Part shown: piece by piece, positions 32,901 through 42,659 of the stretch
How the letters are laid out: the number at the start of each line of letters is the position of its first letter
Position numbering within the stretch: position 1 is the stretch's first letter
Origin: Phycisphaeraceae bacterium
Lineage (GTDB): Bacteria; Planctomycetota; Phycisphaerae; Phycisphaerales; Phycisphaeraceae
Length of the DNA: 64,000 nt
NCBI GenBank assembly: GCA_963674705.1
Contig: OY771506.1
Coordinates: 4,640,001 to 4,704,000, forward strand
Reading direction: 5' to 3'
The notes under the pieces: generated by a model
Databases searched by the model: none
What the model saw: the letters and a program-made list of their open reading frames with translations, nothing else
Told to the model about the DNA's origin: nothing
Translations under genes and position numbers: made by a program

Positions 32901-33105
32901 CAGGATAGGTGACGTACTTCTCTACCTCTTCGGGGGCTAGGCCTTCGGTGATCGTAAATACCTGTACGAGGTTAGGCGACACATCGGGAAACGCATCGAC
33001 TGGTAGTTGGCGGTATGACCAATAACCAGTGCCGATGATGACCAGAACCAGAAAAACAACCAGTAACCTCGCACGCTGCGCTGTATCAATAATACGCTCG
33101 AGCAT
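29992..33105 (-). CDS. czcA: Heavy-metal efflux RND permease (CzcA/CusA family)
   Basis: LPVDAFPD, APEEVEKYVTYP, NLMSLGGLAIAIGMMVDG, RVRPVLMTA, GSEVQRPLATVVIGG. Confidence 0.92.
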   Translation of the reverse strand: MLERIIDTAQRARLLVVFLVLVIIGTGYWSYRQLPVDAFPDVSPNLVQVFTITEGLAPEEVEKYVTYPVEASMTGLPGVVEVRSISNFGLSVVNIYFEDGMDIYFTRQLVGERLQEAREQIPKGFGEPEMGPISTGMGQILYYYLDDTTGNYSLEELRTIQDWIVKYQLQTVPGVTEVLGIGGYEKQYHINIDPKALLRYNLVLHDVIERIESNNVSVGAQFLEVDAEEYVVRSEGLAHDIEDLAGIVVKTDDGRPIYLSDVAEIEVGGAIRRGLQTLNGQGEVVAGLVIQLYGTNASTVIERVETKLKEVQNALPEGIKIVPYYQQRELVQSSVHTVRNALIQGIALVALVLLAFMGGIRPSIVVALAIPFSVLFATLAMGYFGISANLMSLGGLAIAIGMMVDGTIVMVENIDRVLHESDENEPRTTIVAKACHEVARPIVFAIAIIIIVFLPLFTLQGVEGKTFRPLAYTVALAMLGSLIFAIVVAPIFADLIMRRRKAWAKQQTNNNDSDMAKEPIIVRAILVIYRPLVSWFVRRRWAAVLLSVLMLFAGFLIVPKLGSEFTPRLNEGDLIVNLTMAPSISLNETKRLTLLAEKRLMNVPEIDSVVSRIGRGEVGAHADPINSVHSLVVLKPKDQWRSDMDQAAIESDIRTALQGMPGVFVNLTQPIQLTVDELIGGVKAELAVKIFGDDLDTLKTKGDEIAAALSTMKGAADVQTDQITGTPQLLIRPDRQALARYGVNLAEVQETIKSAIGGIDAGQVFDGVRRFDIYVRYQEPYRSTMEDVERLIITTPDGQRIPLGDLATIRMLIGPRQITRENNQRFITVQANVVGRDIGGFVKEAQQLIDREVTLPAGYYVTWGGQFELAQQANQRLMLVVPITLIMICLLLYLSFNSLKNTALILLNIPLALVGGVFGLWLFGENLSVPASVGFIALFGIALENGMVLVTYLNQLIQNGASIDDASMKGASLRVRPVLMTAATTALGLIPLLFATGTGSEVQRPLATVVIGGLVTSTVLTLLVLPALYKWFASIKN

Positions 33106-33131
33106 GATTGTGCGACTCCTTAATATCTGAA

Positions 33132-34502
33132 TCAGTGCACATGGCCAGCGTGCTCAAGTTCGGCACGATTGAATTCGGCTTTCAAAGCAAGAACATTCCG
33201 GGCTACATAACGTTCACCCGGCTCAAGACCAGACAGGACTTCGACTTGGTCTTCACTAGAATTTCCAAGTTGCACTTGCCTTTGCTCGAAAGCCTCACCC
33301 TCCTGAACAAAGACAACCGTTTGACCCTCAAGCTGTGTCACGGCAGAACGGGGCACAACAACTGATTCAGACAATTGCTCGGTAGATAGATGGGCTGTTA
33401 CAAATAGACCCGGGCGCCAATGGCCTTGTGGATTGTCCAGTACGACACGCGCAGTTGCTGTGCGTGTTTGTTCTTCGAATGATGAACTGACAAACGCAAT
33501 CGTGCCGGAAGCGTCTGGGATGCCATGCCCGAATGTGATGCGCACGGTTTGCCCGCTACTCAGATTAGCGATGTCCCGTTGGTAGACTGTCAGGTCGACC
33601 CAGACACTAGAGATATCGGCGATTACAAAGGGCGGTTCAGCGGTTTGTTCGCTGATAAGTTCGCCTCTTGTCAGATGCCTTTCAATGACAATCCCGTCGA
33701 TGGGGGCACGCATCTTGTATTCGGACAGAGTCGTGTCTTCGATACTCTGCAAAACTTTCAACGACTCGTGACTTTCCCCAATCGCATGAAGGTTCTGCTC
33801 AGCCAACCTTAAAGCGATCTCAGCCTCACGCATCGCCTGCTGTGATTCGAGCATCTGTCGCTCGGTACCGATACGATCCATAACGAGTTTTTCGTCTCGA
33901 CTGAATATTTCACGCGCCAATTCCAAACGAGCATCCGCCGCCAAATAGGTGCTGCGCGCTTCGGCCAGGTCACGACTGCTTAACGTTGCCATGACTTCTC
34001 CTGCCTGAACTCTTTCGCCGACACTGTATGCCACTGATTGAGTGATGCCCGATACACTTGGCATTACATGAGCCACACGGTCTGCATTAAAAACAACTTC
34101 TCCAGGCAACTGCAGGTCCGTACCAAGCGAATCGACGGAAGCCGTTTCTATCACAATCCCGAATTCTAAAAGTATTTCGGGGGAGATCCGTAACGGTTCA
34201 TCATCATGGTCGGCATGACTTTCGTGCGAATGTTCGTCATCATGATCAGCATGATCACTATGAGCGTGTTCATCTTGCTCATTATGATCTGCGTGCGAAT
34301 CACTTTCATCATGAGGTCCATGATCATCGTCATCTTCCAGCTCATCATGATGCTCGTGCGATTGATCCTTCTGTTCTGCATGTAATCCTGAGTGATTATG
34401 CAGATCACTTTGTGCGTATGCCTGGTTAAGATCATCAAATATCAACAAGCACACTATTGCTGTAACAAGGGATGCTATCTCTATGGATTTGTATTTATTC
34501 AT
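33132..34502 (-). CDS. czcB: RND membrane fusion protein with His/Asp-rich N-terminus (CzcB-like)
   Basis: RAPIDG, WVDL.VY, TRTATAR, WRPGLFV; long HxxH/D-rich tract. Confidence 0.88.
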   Translation of the reverse strand: MNKYKSIEIASLVTAIVCLLIFDDLNQAYAQSDLHNHSGLHAEQKDQSHEHHDELEDDDDHGPHDESDSHADHNEQDEHAHSDHADHDDEHSHESHADHDDEPLRISPEILLEFGIVIETASVDSLGTDLQLPGEVVFNADRVAHVMPSVSGITQSVAYSVGERVQAGEVMATLSSRDLAEARSTYLAADARLELAREIFSRDEKLVMDRIGTERQMLESQQAMREAEIALRLAEQNLHAIGESHESLKVLQSIEDTTLSEYKMRAPIDGIVIERHLTRGELISEQTAEPPFVIADISSVWVDLTVYQRDIANLSSGQTVRITFGHGIPDASGTIAFVSSSFEEQTRTATARVVLDNPQGHWRPGLFVTAHLSTEQLSESVVVPRSAVTQLEGQTVVFVQEGEAFEQRQVQLGNSSEDQVEVLSGLEPGERYVARNVLALKAEFNRAELEHAGHVH

Positions 34503-34504
34503 GG

Positions 34505-35929
34505 CTACTGATCCTCCACTTCCAGAGGCTCCATCTCGTTAACATTCTGGTCTGTACCAGACTTGATTGTGGTAAATAATGGTTGTCCTATGAGGGCTTC
34601 GACCTCAGCCACAGCTGTGTGGTAGTCCGTTATCACGTCCAGGTAACGGGAATGCAGTTCGATCAGTGTCCGTTCTGCATCAAGCACATCGATATACCCA
34701 AGGTTCCCCTGCTCGAATGCCTGATGGATGTCATCATATGCATTGGTTGCGGCAGGGATTGCATCATCACGCAATGCGATGGCTTCTTCATATGCATTGA
34801 TCAGTTGTGAATAAGTCAACACGAGCGCCGCTTCGATCCGCAACCGAACAGCCTGCTGCCTGTTTTTGGCTGAGACAACACCGAATCGTGCTGCAAGTAT
34901 ATTGCCTTGGTTTCGATCATTGATTGGCAGGGGAAAAGAAAGACCAGCCACCAGCGCACCATCGTTGGATTCGCTAAACCAACGGTACCCAAGTGAACCG
35001 GTAATGTCGGGGATCGCCTCGGCCCGCGCAAGTTCGATCTCAGCCTGTCGGCTGGCAACTTCAACAACCCAACGGGCCACATCCGGATTCTGGTTGATCA
35101 AATGTGCCAGATCGTTCATCGATGGCACAGGCTGAAGTTGATTCAGATCGCCCTTTGCTTCTGTGAAAACGGGCTCTGTACTGCCCCAGATGAGGGCCAG
35201 TTGGACTCTTACCGCTTCAAGGGTTCGCCGGGCGCGAGCCAGTTCGATTTTTGCTTCGGCCAAAGGTACCGCGGCTCGCGATAGTTCAACAATAGCAAGG
35301 TCTCCTGCATCAATCCGCCGTTGTATGACGTCCGCTATCTCCTGCGCCAGGTCCAGTGAATCCCGGGCGAGTTCAACACGCTGCTGGACGGCAACCAGTG
35401 CGACATAGCGTTTGGTTGTTTCTGCAAGTAATGCGATCCTGGCTGATTCGTAATCCCATCCCGCTGATTGACCTGCTAATCGTGCAGCTTGTTGCCTGCG
35501 TGTGATATCCCCCCCCAAAGGAAAGTTCTGACTCAGAACAAAAGTAAACTCAGCGCCATCAAAGTCGCTCAGTTCATCAGAACCAGCAAAGTTCTCCACC
35601 ACGAAGTCCAACTCGGGATTCTCGGCAGCACCTGCCTGAACGACGCGCGCCTCCGCTGCTCTGACTTCGTAGCTGTAAGAAGCCAATTCCGGATTACCAA
35701 GTAAAGCAGCAGATAGCGCGTCGCGTAGTGTAAGATCACCCACCGGACTCTGTACCTCCGGCACAACAGAATTCTTATCCATCCCGAGCTTATTGGGGGC
35801 ATGATAGGATTCGGTCGCACTACCAATTGGCCGAGGCGATGAATCAAGTTGATCATAGAGCGGGTGCGGCTGACATCCGGCAATAATGACGGCCGATGCC
35901 ACTGCCACATATTGGGGCAAGCGGACCAT
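34505..35929 (-). CDS. czcC: TolC family outer-membrane factor (CzcC-like)
   Basis: Lipoprotein-like IIAGC, LTLRDAL...NPEL, PLPINDRNQG, DVLDAERTL; start placed at MVRLPQY. Confidence 0.85.
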   Translation of the reverse strand: MVRLPQYVAVASAVIIAGCQPHPLYDQLDSSPRPIGSATESYHAPNKLGMDKNSVVPEVQSPVGDLTLRDALSAALLGNPELASYSYEVRAAEARVVQAGAAENPELDFVVENFAGSDELSDFDGAEFTFVLSQNFPLGGDITRRQQAARLAGQSAGWDYESARIALLAETTKRYVALVAVQQRVELARDSLDLAQEIADVIQRRIDAGDLAIVELSRAAVPLAEAKIELARARRTLEAVRVQLALIWGSTEPVFTEAKGDLNQLQPVPSMNDLAHLINQNPDVARWVVEVASRQAEIELARAEAIPDITGSLGYRWFSESNDGALVAGLSFPLPINDRNQGNILAARFGVVSAKNRQQAVRLRIEAALVLTYSQLINAYEEAIALRDDAIPAATNAYDDIHQAFEQGNLGYIDVLDAERTLIELHSRYLDVITDYHTAVAEVEALIGQPLFTTIKSGTDQNVNEMEPLEVEDQ

Positions 35930-36015
35930 GGTTGGTTCTCGTGAATGTATATATTGTAGTACAGCGACGCCTATGAATTCGCATAGCGGCGTCACACACA
36001 GATATGTAAAAAATG

Positions 36016-36441
36016 CTAAATAATAAGTACGGTGCTGCTCAAAGATCGGTCGATCTGCTGAACGGCTCCAGCACTTAAAGTGTTAAGGCTAGGTGAAGCA
36101 ATGGTTGGTCGCAGTGGCTCGCCAAGAGCCACGTGATATAGAGGAACATCAACATGCTCGTGACTGACGATTTGTCGCTCTTGGTTTGAGCGGATCATCG
36201 ATACGGGGGGAAACGTCGTATCGATGCACGAACTATGACAATGCCCAAGGGCCAGCATCTGCACGTGCTCATCTGTTCTTGATTCAACATGGCCACAATC
36301 TTCACCCTGATGTGCCCACTCGACAGACGAGTGCCCGTCAATATCCATGCAGACAACCACAAACGAATTAGATATTGAAGCTGTGAAAGCAAATGCAATA
36401 ACACAGAACCAACGGAACAGGATATTATTGTAAGCCCGCAC
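36016..36441 (-). CDS. Small exported Cys/His-rich protein heading the czc-like operon
   Basis: N-terminal hydrophobic segment, C-x4-GH-x3-E and HCHSSC motifs, C-terminal STVLII. Confidence 0.6.
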   Translation of the reverse strand: MRAYNNILFRWFCVIAFAFTASISNSFVVVCMDIDGHSSVEWAHQGEDCGHVESRTDEHVQMLALGHCHSSCIDTTFPPVSMIRSNQERQIVSHEHVDVPLYHVALGEPLRPTIASPSLNTLSAGAVQQIDRSLSSTVLII

Positions 36442-36726
36442 GGGGGAAATGTAGCCGCATACACAGCCAAAGACAAGTCTAACATCTATCGACTTTATGC
36501 TCTCCTATTGATATGGTTCATTCATATTCCCGATCTCAGGAATAATTACCATAGTTGTAGTTCGCACATATGTCCGTGGATTAATTGATAATGAAAGTTC
36601 ATCTGCGGTATGGGCTGTTATCAATTGTTAGCACGGAGGTTTCATGGTAAGTTTAATACATCTGAATGTGACTGCCCGAATCTTACGTAGAGGTATATTG
36701 AGACCGCAGCCGTCAGATTCAAAACA

Positions 36727-38292
36727 CTACATACTATCCTGACGGAATTGCGTCCAGACGATACCGAGTTTTCGCATGCGAGCTCGGAGCGTATGCGGAT
36801 TGATATCAAGCATCTTGGCGGCCCCTTTTGCACCTTCGATCCTGCCTTGAGTCTGCTGCAACGCCGTCTTGATATGCTCGCGCATGGCGTGATCAAGCGT
36901 GCAGACCTGATTACGCTCCATCTTTGCATGATGAATCGTGTGTGTTGAAGTAACCTCCGTGTTAGACAGCGGGCCCAAAGCTTTAACCACTTCAAGACGA
37001 GCGCCGTCCCCCAGTATCGCAGCCCGGTCAATCACGGAAGCTAACTCACGGATATTGCCCGGCCAGGCATATTCCATCAGTAACCGCAGATCTTCTTCGC
37101 TTGGAGCACACATACGCAAGCCAAATCTTCTGGCTGCACGTTTGGCGAAGTGCATCGCTAACGCCGGGATATCCTGTTTACGTTCACGAAGTGGAGGTAA
37201 AACAATCGGGAAACTGGCGATGCGATACCATAAGTCCTCGCGGAAGTCGCCTTCCTGAATCATGTTAGGCAAGTCACGATGAGTTGCCGCAACGATCCGA
37301 ACGTTGACACGGATAGGCGATTCCCCTCCAACCCGCTCGAAGCTGCCCTCTTGGATCACACGTAACAATCGCACCTGTGCCGCCAACGGCAATTCACCAA
37401 TCTCATCTAAAAGAAGCGTGCCCTTATCCGCCCTTTCGAACCAGCCACGGCGCAGGGACGTCGCCCCGGTGAACGCCCCTTTCTCGTGGCCAAACAATTC
37501 TGAATCAATGAGCTCCGAAGGTATTGCACCGCAGTTGACACGTATAAACGGACCCTTGGCACGCGGTGATTGGTCGTGTATGTTGCGGGCGATGACTTCT
37601 TTTCCGGAGCCGGTTTCACCAAGTATCAACACCGGCAGGTCTGATCGAGCAACCAGTGAAACACGGTCCATAACAGCCTTGAGCCCCCCATCCGCGCCAA
37701 CCAGGGAATCAACCAAGTCTTCCCTACCAAGACGCGAAAGGGCTGAACGTTTGTCTGCCTCAGCCGCTTCGCGCAGAGTACTTAGTTCATGCAATCGTTG
37801 ATCGTTTTCTAAAGCAACAGAAAATGGTTCGAGCAATAACTCGACCATCTGCAAGTGCAATGGATCAAGTACTTCAGATGATGCAACGCGCACCAGTAAC
37901 GCCCCCGCCACGTCATGTTCATCCATCAAAGGGCCAACGATCCAACTGCCGTCAGTTGTTGTCGATTCTAATAACAGTGCCATGACAGGATCGGGATCAT
38001 CACCAGCCTGAAGTAGAGAAACCATTTGACGGCTACCCCACTCCCGCAGCAATCGCCGATCTGCAGGTTTGATTGCGCTCGGGGTTTGCAGATAGTTGCC
38101 CGCCCCTTCGGTCATTCCATTGGCCCGAGGCAGCAACTGGTTCTGCGTGAAGTCGATAGCAACGACGATCAGACATTCAATAGGCAGTCGTTTACTGAGG
38201 ATATGTGTGATCGTCTGGGCCGATCGCTCAATCTCGATATGACGACAGGCTTCTCGCCAAACGTCCAGCAATAGGGCTTGAAATTCATGCAT
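36727..38292 (-). CDS. Sigma54-dependent Fis-family activator (FhlA/HyfR-like, GAF-like input domain)
   Basis: GETGSGKE, ELFGHEKGAFTGA, LDEIGEL, FREDLWYR, WPGNIREL, C-terminal HTH; no receiver domain. Confidence 0.93.
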   Translation of the reverse strand: MHEFQALLLDVWREACRHIEIERSAQTITHILSKRLPIECLIVVAIDFTQNQLLPRANGMTEGAGNYLQTPSAIKPADRRLLREWGSRQMVSLLQAGDDPDPVMALLLESTTTDGSWIVGPLMDEHDVAGALLVRVASSEVLDPLHLQMVELLLEPFSVALENDQRLHELSTLREAAEADKRSALSRLGREDLVDSLVGADGGLKAVMDRVSLVARSDLPVLILGETGSGKEVIARNIHDQSPRAKGPFIRVNCGAIPSELIDSELFGHEKGAFTGATSLRRGWFERADKGTLLLDEIGELPLAAQVRLLRVIQEGSFERVGGESPIRVNVRIVAATHRDLPNMIQEGDFREDLWYRIASFPIVLPPLRERKQDIPALAMHFAKRAARRFGLRMCAPSEEDLRLLMEYAWPGNIRELASVIDRAAILGDGARLEVVKALGPLSNTEVTSTHTIHHAKMERNQVCTLDHAMREHIKTALQQTQGRIEGAKGAAKMLDINPHTLRARMRKLGIVWTQFRQDSM

Positions 38293-38363
38293 ATTTGATT
38301 GAATTATCCATTATATTTCATAGTTGTCTATTATATTTAATGACTCTACCCTTTATATTTGAT
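38291..38363. promoter_or_regulatory. Four phased ATATTTNAT repeats, candidate activator binding sites
   Basis: Copies at 38291, 38313, 38333 and 38355 (spacing 22/20/22). Confidence 0.6.
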
Positions 38364-38438
38364 AGATCTATCCAGCCTCATCGCTTAAATATTTCTTATA
38401 TTACTGTTATTATTGAACTTACACGTATCCATGACGTC

Positions 38439-38454
38439 TGGCACATAAATTGAT
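38439..38454 (+). promoter_or_regulatory. Sigma54 -24/-12 promoter for sbp-cysTWA
   Basis: TGGCAC-ATAAA-TTGAT against consensus TGGCAC-N5-TTGCW; correct spacing, one mismatch at -12. Confidence 0.65.
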
Positions 38455-38598
38455 AAACCTTATGGCATGTCAGCATTCCTGAACTCGACCCATGGCTCCG
38501 CATCTTGCATATCCAAGGTGCGGCTTAACCACCAGAAGCGGTTCTGGACACGGCTGTTGAACACAACCAGGACACACTAATCCATAAGGATCCCTGCC

Positions 38599-39660
38599 AT
38601 GACGTATTTAAGAAACATTCTGCTAGCCGCTCTTCTCATCGTTCCCCTATTTGTCTGCTCTACTCGGGCAGAACAACCCATAGAGCTATTGAATGTCAGT
38701 TACGACCCGACGCGCGAGTTTTATAAAGACTTCAACGCCGAGTTTGCTAAGTTTTGGAAAGACAGCACCGGCCAAAGTGTGACCATCAACCAGTCGCACG
38801 GCGGCGCAGGCAAGCAGGCACGGGCGGTGATCGACGGTCTGGAAGCGGATGTCGTCACACTTGCCTTGGCGTATGACATCGATGTGATCGCTCAGAAGAC
38901 CGGCCTGATGCCAACAGCCTGGCAGTCACGCCTGCCTTACAACAGTTCGCCTTACACCTCAACGATCGTCTTCCTGGTACGCAAAGGGAATCCCAAAGGT
39001 ATCCATGACTGGGACGATATTCTCAAACCGGGCGTTGAGGTGATCACACCGAACCCCAAGACTTCCGGCGGAGCGCGCTGGAATTACCTTGCCGCATGGG
39101 CATTCGTACTCAAGAAAGAACTCGGCGATTTAAACAAGCTGAATGATCCGGATCATGCGGATGAAGTTGCCAAGGCTCAGGATAAGGCAAAGGCGTTTGT
39201 CAGTGAATTGTTCAAGCATGTTCCCGTGTTGGATTCAGGCGCACGTGGATCAACCAACACCTTTGTCCGTAACGGGATAGGCGATGTATTCCTGTCATGG
39301 GAAAATGAAGCATTCCTGGCGATCGAACAACTCGGCCCGGATCAGTTTGAAATCATCGTGCCCTCGATCAGTATCCTTGCCGAACCACCCGTCACGGTGA
39401 TCGATGGCAACGCTGAGAAGCATGGCACGCTGAAGGTGGCACAGGCCTATCTCGAATATCTCTACTCGCCGATCGGTCAGCGATTGGCGGCCAAACATTA
39501 CTACCGCCCGAACATCCCCGAGCATGCCGATCCCGATGACTTGAAGCGTTTCCCCGATGTAACACTGGTTAGTGTAGATGAGGTCTTCGGTAGTTGGCAG
39601 AAAGCTCAGCAGATGCACTTCAACGACGGCGGCGTGTTTGATCAGATCTATGCACCCTGA
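38599..39660 (+). CDS. sbp: Sulfate ABC transporter periplasmic binding protein
   Basis: [45 protein letters not shown]. Confidence 0.95.
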   Translation: MTYLRNILLAALLIVPLFVCSTRAEQPIELLNVSYDPTREFYKDFNAEFAKFWKDSTGQSVTINQSHGGAGKQARAVIDGLEADVVTLALAYDIDVIAQKTGLMPTAWQSRLPYNSSPYTSTIVFLVRKGNPKGIHDWDDILKPGVEVITPNPKTSGGARWNYLAAWAFVLKKELGDLNKLNDPDHADEVAKAQDKAKAFVSELFKHVPVLDSGARGSTNTFVRNGIGDVFLSWENEAFLAIEQLGPDQFEIIVPSISILAEPPVTVIDGNAEKHGTLKVAQAYLEYLYSPIGQRLAAKHYYRPNIPEHADPDDLKRFPDVTLVSVDEVFGSWQKAQQMHFNDGGVFDQIYAP

Positions 39661-39751
39661 TCTAGAAGCTGCCCAATAGCATTCTGGATCATCGTCACCA
39701 CTGCATAAGTCACCCGTATGAATATTGAGAACAAACCGAGTCAACATCTAA

Positions 39752-40603
39752 TTGATGAGTAGTTCAATGATAAGCCACCCCAAACAACCCAGAGTATTGC
39801 CCGGATTCGGTCTGACGATGGGTTACACGATCTTCTACTTGAGCATCATCGTTCTATTGCCGCTGTCAGCGATGTTTATCCGGGCGGGCTCACATGGCCT
39901 GGGTGAATTCTGGCAGGTGATTACCGCACCGCGTGTGATGGCGGCATACAAGCTGACCTTCGGGGCCTCGCTGATCGCAGCACTGATAAACGCAGTATTC
40001 GGATTTATGGTCGCATGGGTGCTGGTGCGATACGCATTCCCGGGCAAGCGATTGATAGATGCGATGGTCGACCTGCCTTTTGCTCTGCCTACCGCTGTCT
40101 CGGGGATCGCATTGGTCGCGATCTACTCACGCAACGGCTGGTTAGGACAATACCTCGAACCGATGGGCATTAAGGCAGCGTACACACCCATCGGTGTAAC
40201 GATAGCCCTGACATTCATCGGCCTGCCTTTTGTGGTCCGTACGCTACAGCCCGCACTTGAAGACCTGGATGCAGAAGTCGAAGAGGCCGCGGCAAGCCTG
40301 GGTGCAACACGATGGCAGACGCTGTATCGGATCATCGTGCCCACCATCATGCCTGCAATGTTGACGGGTTTTACCCTTGCGTTCGCACGAGCTGTCGGCG
40401 AATACGGGTCTGTCGTCTTCATCAGCGGCAACATGCCTATGAAAACCGAAATCGTGCCTTTATTGATCATTGCCAAGCTCGAGCAATACGACACGACCGG
40501 TGCAACCGCGATCGGCGCATCCATGCTGATCATTTCGTTCATCATCCTGCTGTCCATCAATCTGCTTCAGTGGTGGTCGGCCCGTCACAAGAGAGGAGTT
40601 TGA
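39752..40603 (+). CDS. cysT: Sulfate ABC transporter permease CysT (CysU)
   Basis: [36 protein letters not shown]. Confidence 0.95.
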   Translation: MMSSSMISHPKQPRVLPGFGLTMGYTIFYLSIIVLLPLSAMFIRAGSHGLGEFWQVITAPRVMAAYKLTFGASLIAALINAVFGFMVAWVLVRYAFPGKRLIDAMVDLPFALPTAVSGIALVAIYSRNGWLGQYLEPMGIKAAYTPIGVTIALTFIGLPFVVRTLQPALEDLDAEVEEAAASLGATRWQTLYRIIVPTIMPAMLTGFTLAFARAVGEYGSVVFISGNMPMKTEIVPLLIIAKLEQYDTTGATAIGASMLIISFIILLSINLLQWWSARHKRGV

Positions 40604-40605
40604 TC

Positions 40606-41520
40606 ATGGCAGGAGCAACCACAACACTCAGACCTGCGGTCGGTGCGATGAGAAAGCCTGTGATCGGCGAGGGATCGTTAATCCGCTGGGTACTGATCGT
40701 AACATCACTCGGTTTTCTGGCACTGTTCTTGTTTCTGCCGTTAGCGGCGGTATTTACTGAAGCGTTGCGCAAGGGTGTCGGTGAATACCTGAGCAGCTTC
40801 AATGACCCGGCAGCTATCGCAGCGATCAAACTGACGTTGTTGGTAACGGCTGTATCACTACCGTTGAACCTGGTGTTCGGCCTTGCCGCTGCGTGGGCGA
40901 TTGCCAAATTCGAGTTTAGGGGCAAGCATCTGCTTATCACGCTGATCGACCTGCCCTTTGCGGTGTCCCCCGTCATCAGCGGATTGATCTATGTGCTGCT
41001 ATACGGTGCACACGGCTGGCTTGGGCCGTGGCTGATCGAGCACGATATCCAGATCATTTTCGCGGCACCCGGCATCATCCTGGCAACAATCTTCGTCACG
41101 TTCCCGTTCGTGGCGCGTGAAGTCATTCCACTCATGCAGGAACAAGGGACGGAAGAGGAGCAGGCGGCCATGACGCTCGGCGCGGGCGGATGGCAGACGT
41201 TCTTCCGCGTGACGTTGCCGAACGTGAAGTGGGCGGTGCTCTACGGCGTGATTCTGTGTAACGCCCGAGCGATGGGTGAATTCGGTGCCGTCTCGGTTGT
41301 GTCCGGCCATATCCGTGGCAAGACCAATACGATGCCGCTTCACGTCGAGATCCTTTACAACGAATACAACTTCGTCGCGGCATTTGCCGTAGCATCATTA
41401 TTAGCGCTTCTGGCACTAATCACACTTGGATTAAAGAGCTTAGTTGAATGGCGCAGTCGTGTGTCTTTAGCCTTGACTGAATATGTCGAACCAACCTTGC
41501 TTGAACAGGATAAATCATGA
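40606..41520 (+). CDS. cysW: Sulfate ABC transporter permease CysW
   Basis: [45 protein letters not shown] supports ATG 40606 rather than 40312. Confidence 0.95.
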   Translation: MAGATTTLRPAVGAMRKPVIGEGSLIRWVLIVTSLGFLALFLFLPLAAVFTEALRKGVGEYLSSFNDPAAIAAIKLTLLVTAVSLPLNLVFGLAAAWAIAKFEFRGKHLLITLIDLPFAVSPVISGLIYVLLYGAHGWLGPWLIEHDIQIIFAAPGIILATIFVTFPFVAREVIPLMQEQGTEEEQAAMTLGAGGWQTFFRVTLPNVKWAVLYGVILCNARAMGEFGAVSVVSGHIRGKTNTMPLHVEILYNEYNFVAAFAVASLLALLALITLGLKSLVEWRSRVSLALTEYVEPTLLEQDKS

Positions 41521-42593
41521 GTATTGAAGTACGTAACGTAACAAAACACTTCGGCGGCTTCAGGGCGCTGGATCATGTAAACCTGAACGTCCCGACAGGT
41601 AAACTCGTTGCCCTCCTGGGCCCGTCGGGTTCAGGCAAAACGACCCTCCTGAGGATTATCGCCGGCCTGGAAAGAGCAGATGACACATCTGCAGATGGTG
41701 AGTACGGATCGATCCTGTTTCACGATGAAGATGTCGCCAGCCTGCCTGTAAGACAGCGGCGTGTCGGCTTTGTGTTTCAGCATTATGCGCTTTTCCGTCA
41801 TATGACGGTATTCGATAACGTGGCTTTCGGTTTACGTGTCCGGCCCCGCAAACATAGACCAATCAGGCGCCAGATCGCTGAAAGAGTTCAAGAGCTGCTA
41901 CGGCTGGTGCAACTCGACGGCCTTGCCCAGCGATATCCAAGCCAGCTTTCCGGTGGGCAGCGACAGCGTGTCGCACTCGCACGTGCGCTGGCGGTGCAGC
42001 CGAAGGTCCTCTTGCTGGATGAACCATTCGGGGCGCTTGATGCAAAGGTGCGAAAAGAATTACGGACCTGGCTGCGTCGATTGCACGACGAGATTCATCT
42101 GACAAGTGTGTTCGTGACGCACGACCAGGATGAGGCGCTGGAAGTTGCGGACGAAATAGTTGTCATGAACCAGGGCCACATCGAGCAGGTCGGAACACCC
42201 GACAACGTGTTTCATCATCCAGCCACTGAGTTTGTCATGCGGTTCTTAGGTGATGTGAACGCGTTCCACGGTAGAGTCAACGAAGGAACCGTTCAGTTCG
42301 GCTCACTTGAACTGCCCTTTCCCGAAAACCGCCGGCAAATTGCGGGTGACGCCCGTGTTTTTGTCCGCCCGTATGACGTTACCATCGACACGAAAACAAA
42401 CGGGTTGCCTGCACTTGAGTCTACTGTTGAGCGTGTTCATTCAGCGGGACCACTCGTACGAGTCGAATTGCTGACCTGTGCCGGCCAGCGTCTTGTGTCG
42501 GAAGTCTCACAAGAAAGGTTTGCCACTATGGGACTGGAACCGGGCAGCCGCGTGTATGTCCGTCCCCGACATATCAGAGTGTTTGCTGGATGA
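41517..42593 (+). CDS. cysA: Sulfate ABC transporter ATP-binding protein
   Basis: [40 protein letters not shown]-like C-terminus. Confidence 0.95.
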   Translation: MSIEVRNVTKHFGGFRALDHVNLNVPTGKLVALLGPSGSGKTTLLRIIAGLERADDTSADGEYGSILFHDEDVASLPVRQRRVGFVFQHYALFRHMTVFDNVAFGLRVRPRKHRPIRRQIAERVQELLRLVQLDGLAQRYPSQLSGGQRQRVALARALAVQPKVLLLDEPFGALDAKVRKELRTWLRRLHDEIHLTSVFVTHDQDEALEVADEIVVMNQGHIEQVGTPDNVFHHPATEFVMRFLGDVNAFHGRVNEGTVQFGSLELPFPENRRQIAGDARVFVRPYDVTIDTKTNGLPALESTVERVHSAGPLVRVELLTCAGQRLVSEVSQERFATMGLEPGSRVYVRPRHIRVFAG

Positions 42594-42659
42594 TAGGGAT
42601 AATGAGATCCCGCAATATACGATTAAATCCCAACTCAAGGCTACATGAGTCGATTCGCA

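Noticed and set aside
38493..38509. Second sigma54 candidate TGGCTC...TTGCA
   Set aside because: GG-to-GC spacing is 11 rather than the required 10.
40312..40605. N-terminal extension of cysW in the ORF track
   Set aside because: Overlaps cysT in another frame; the RBS supports ATG 40606.
29992..42593. czc-sulfate block as a genomic island
   Set aside because: It interrupts the glycan loci and looks somewhat more AT-rich by eye, but no integrase, transposase, tRNA or flanking direct repeat was found and composition was not computed.
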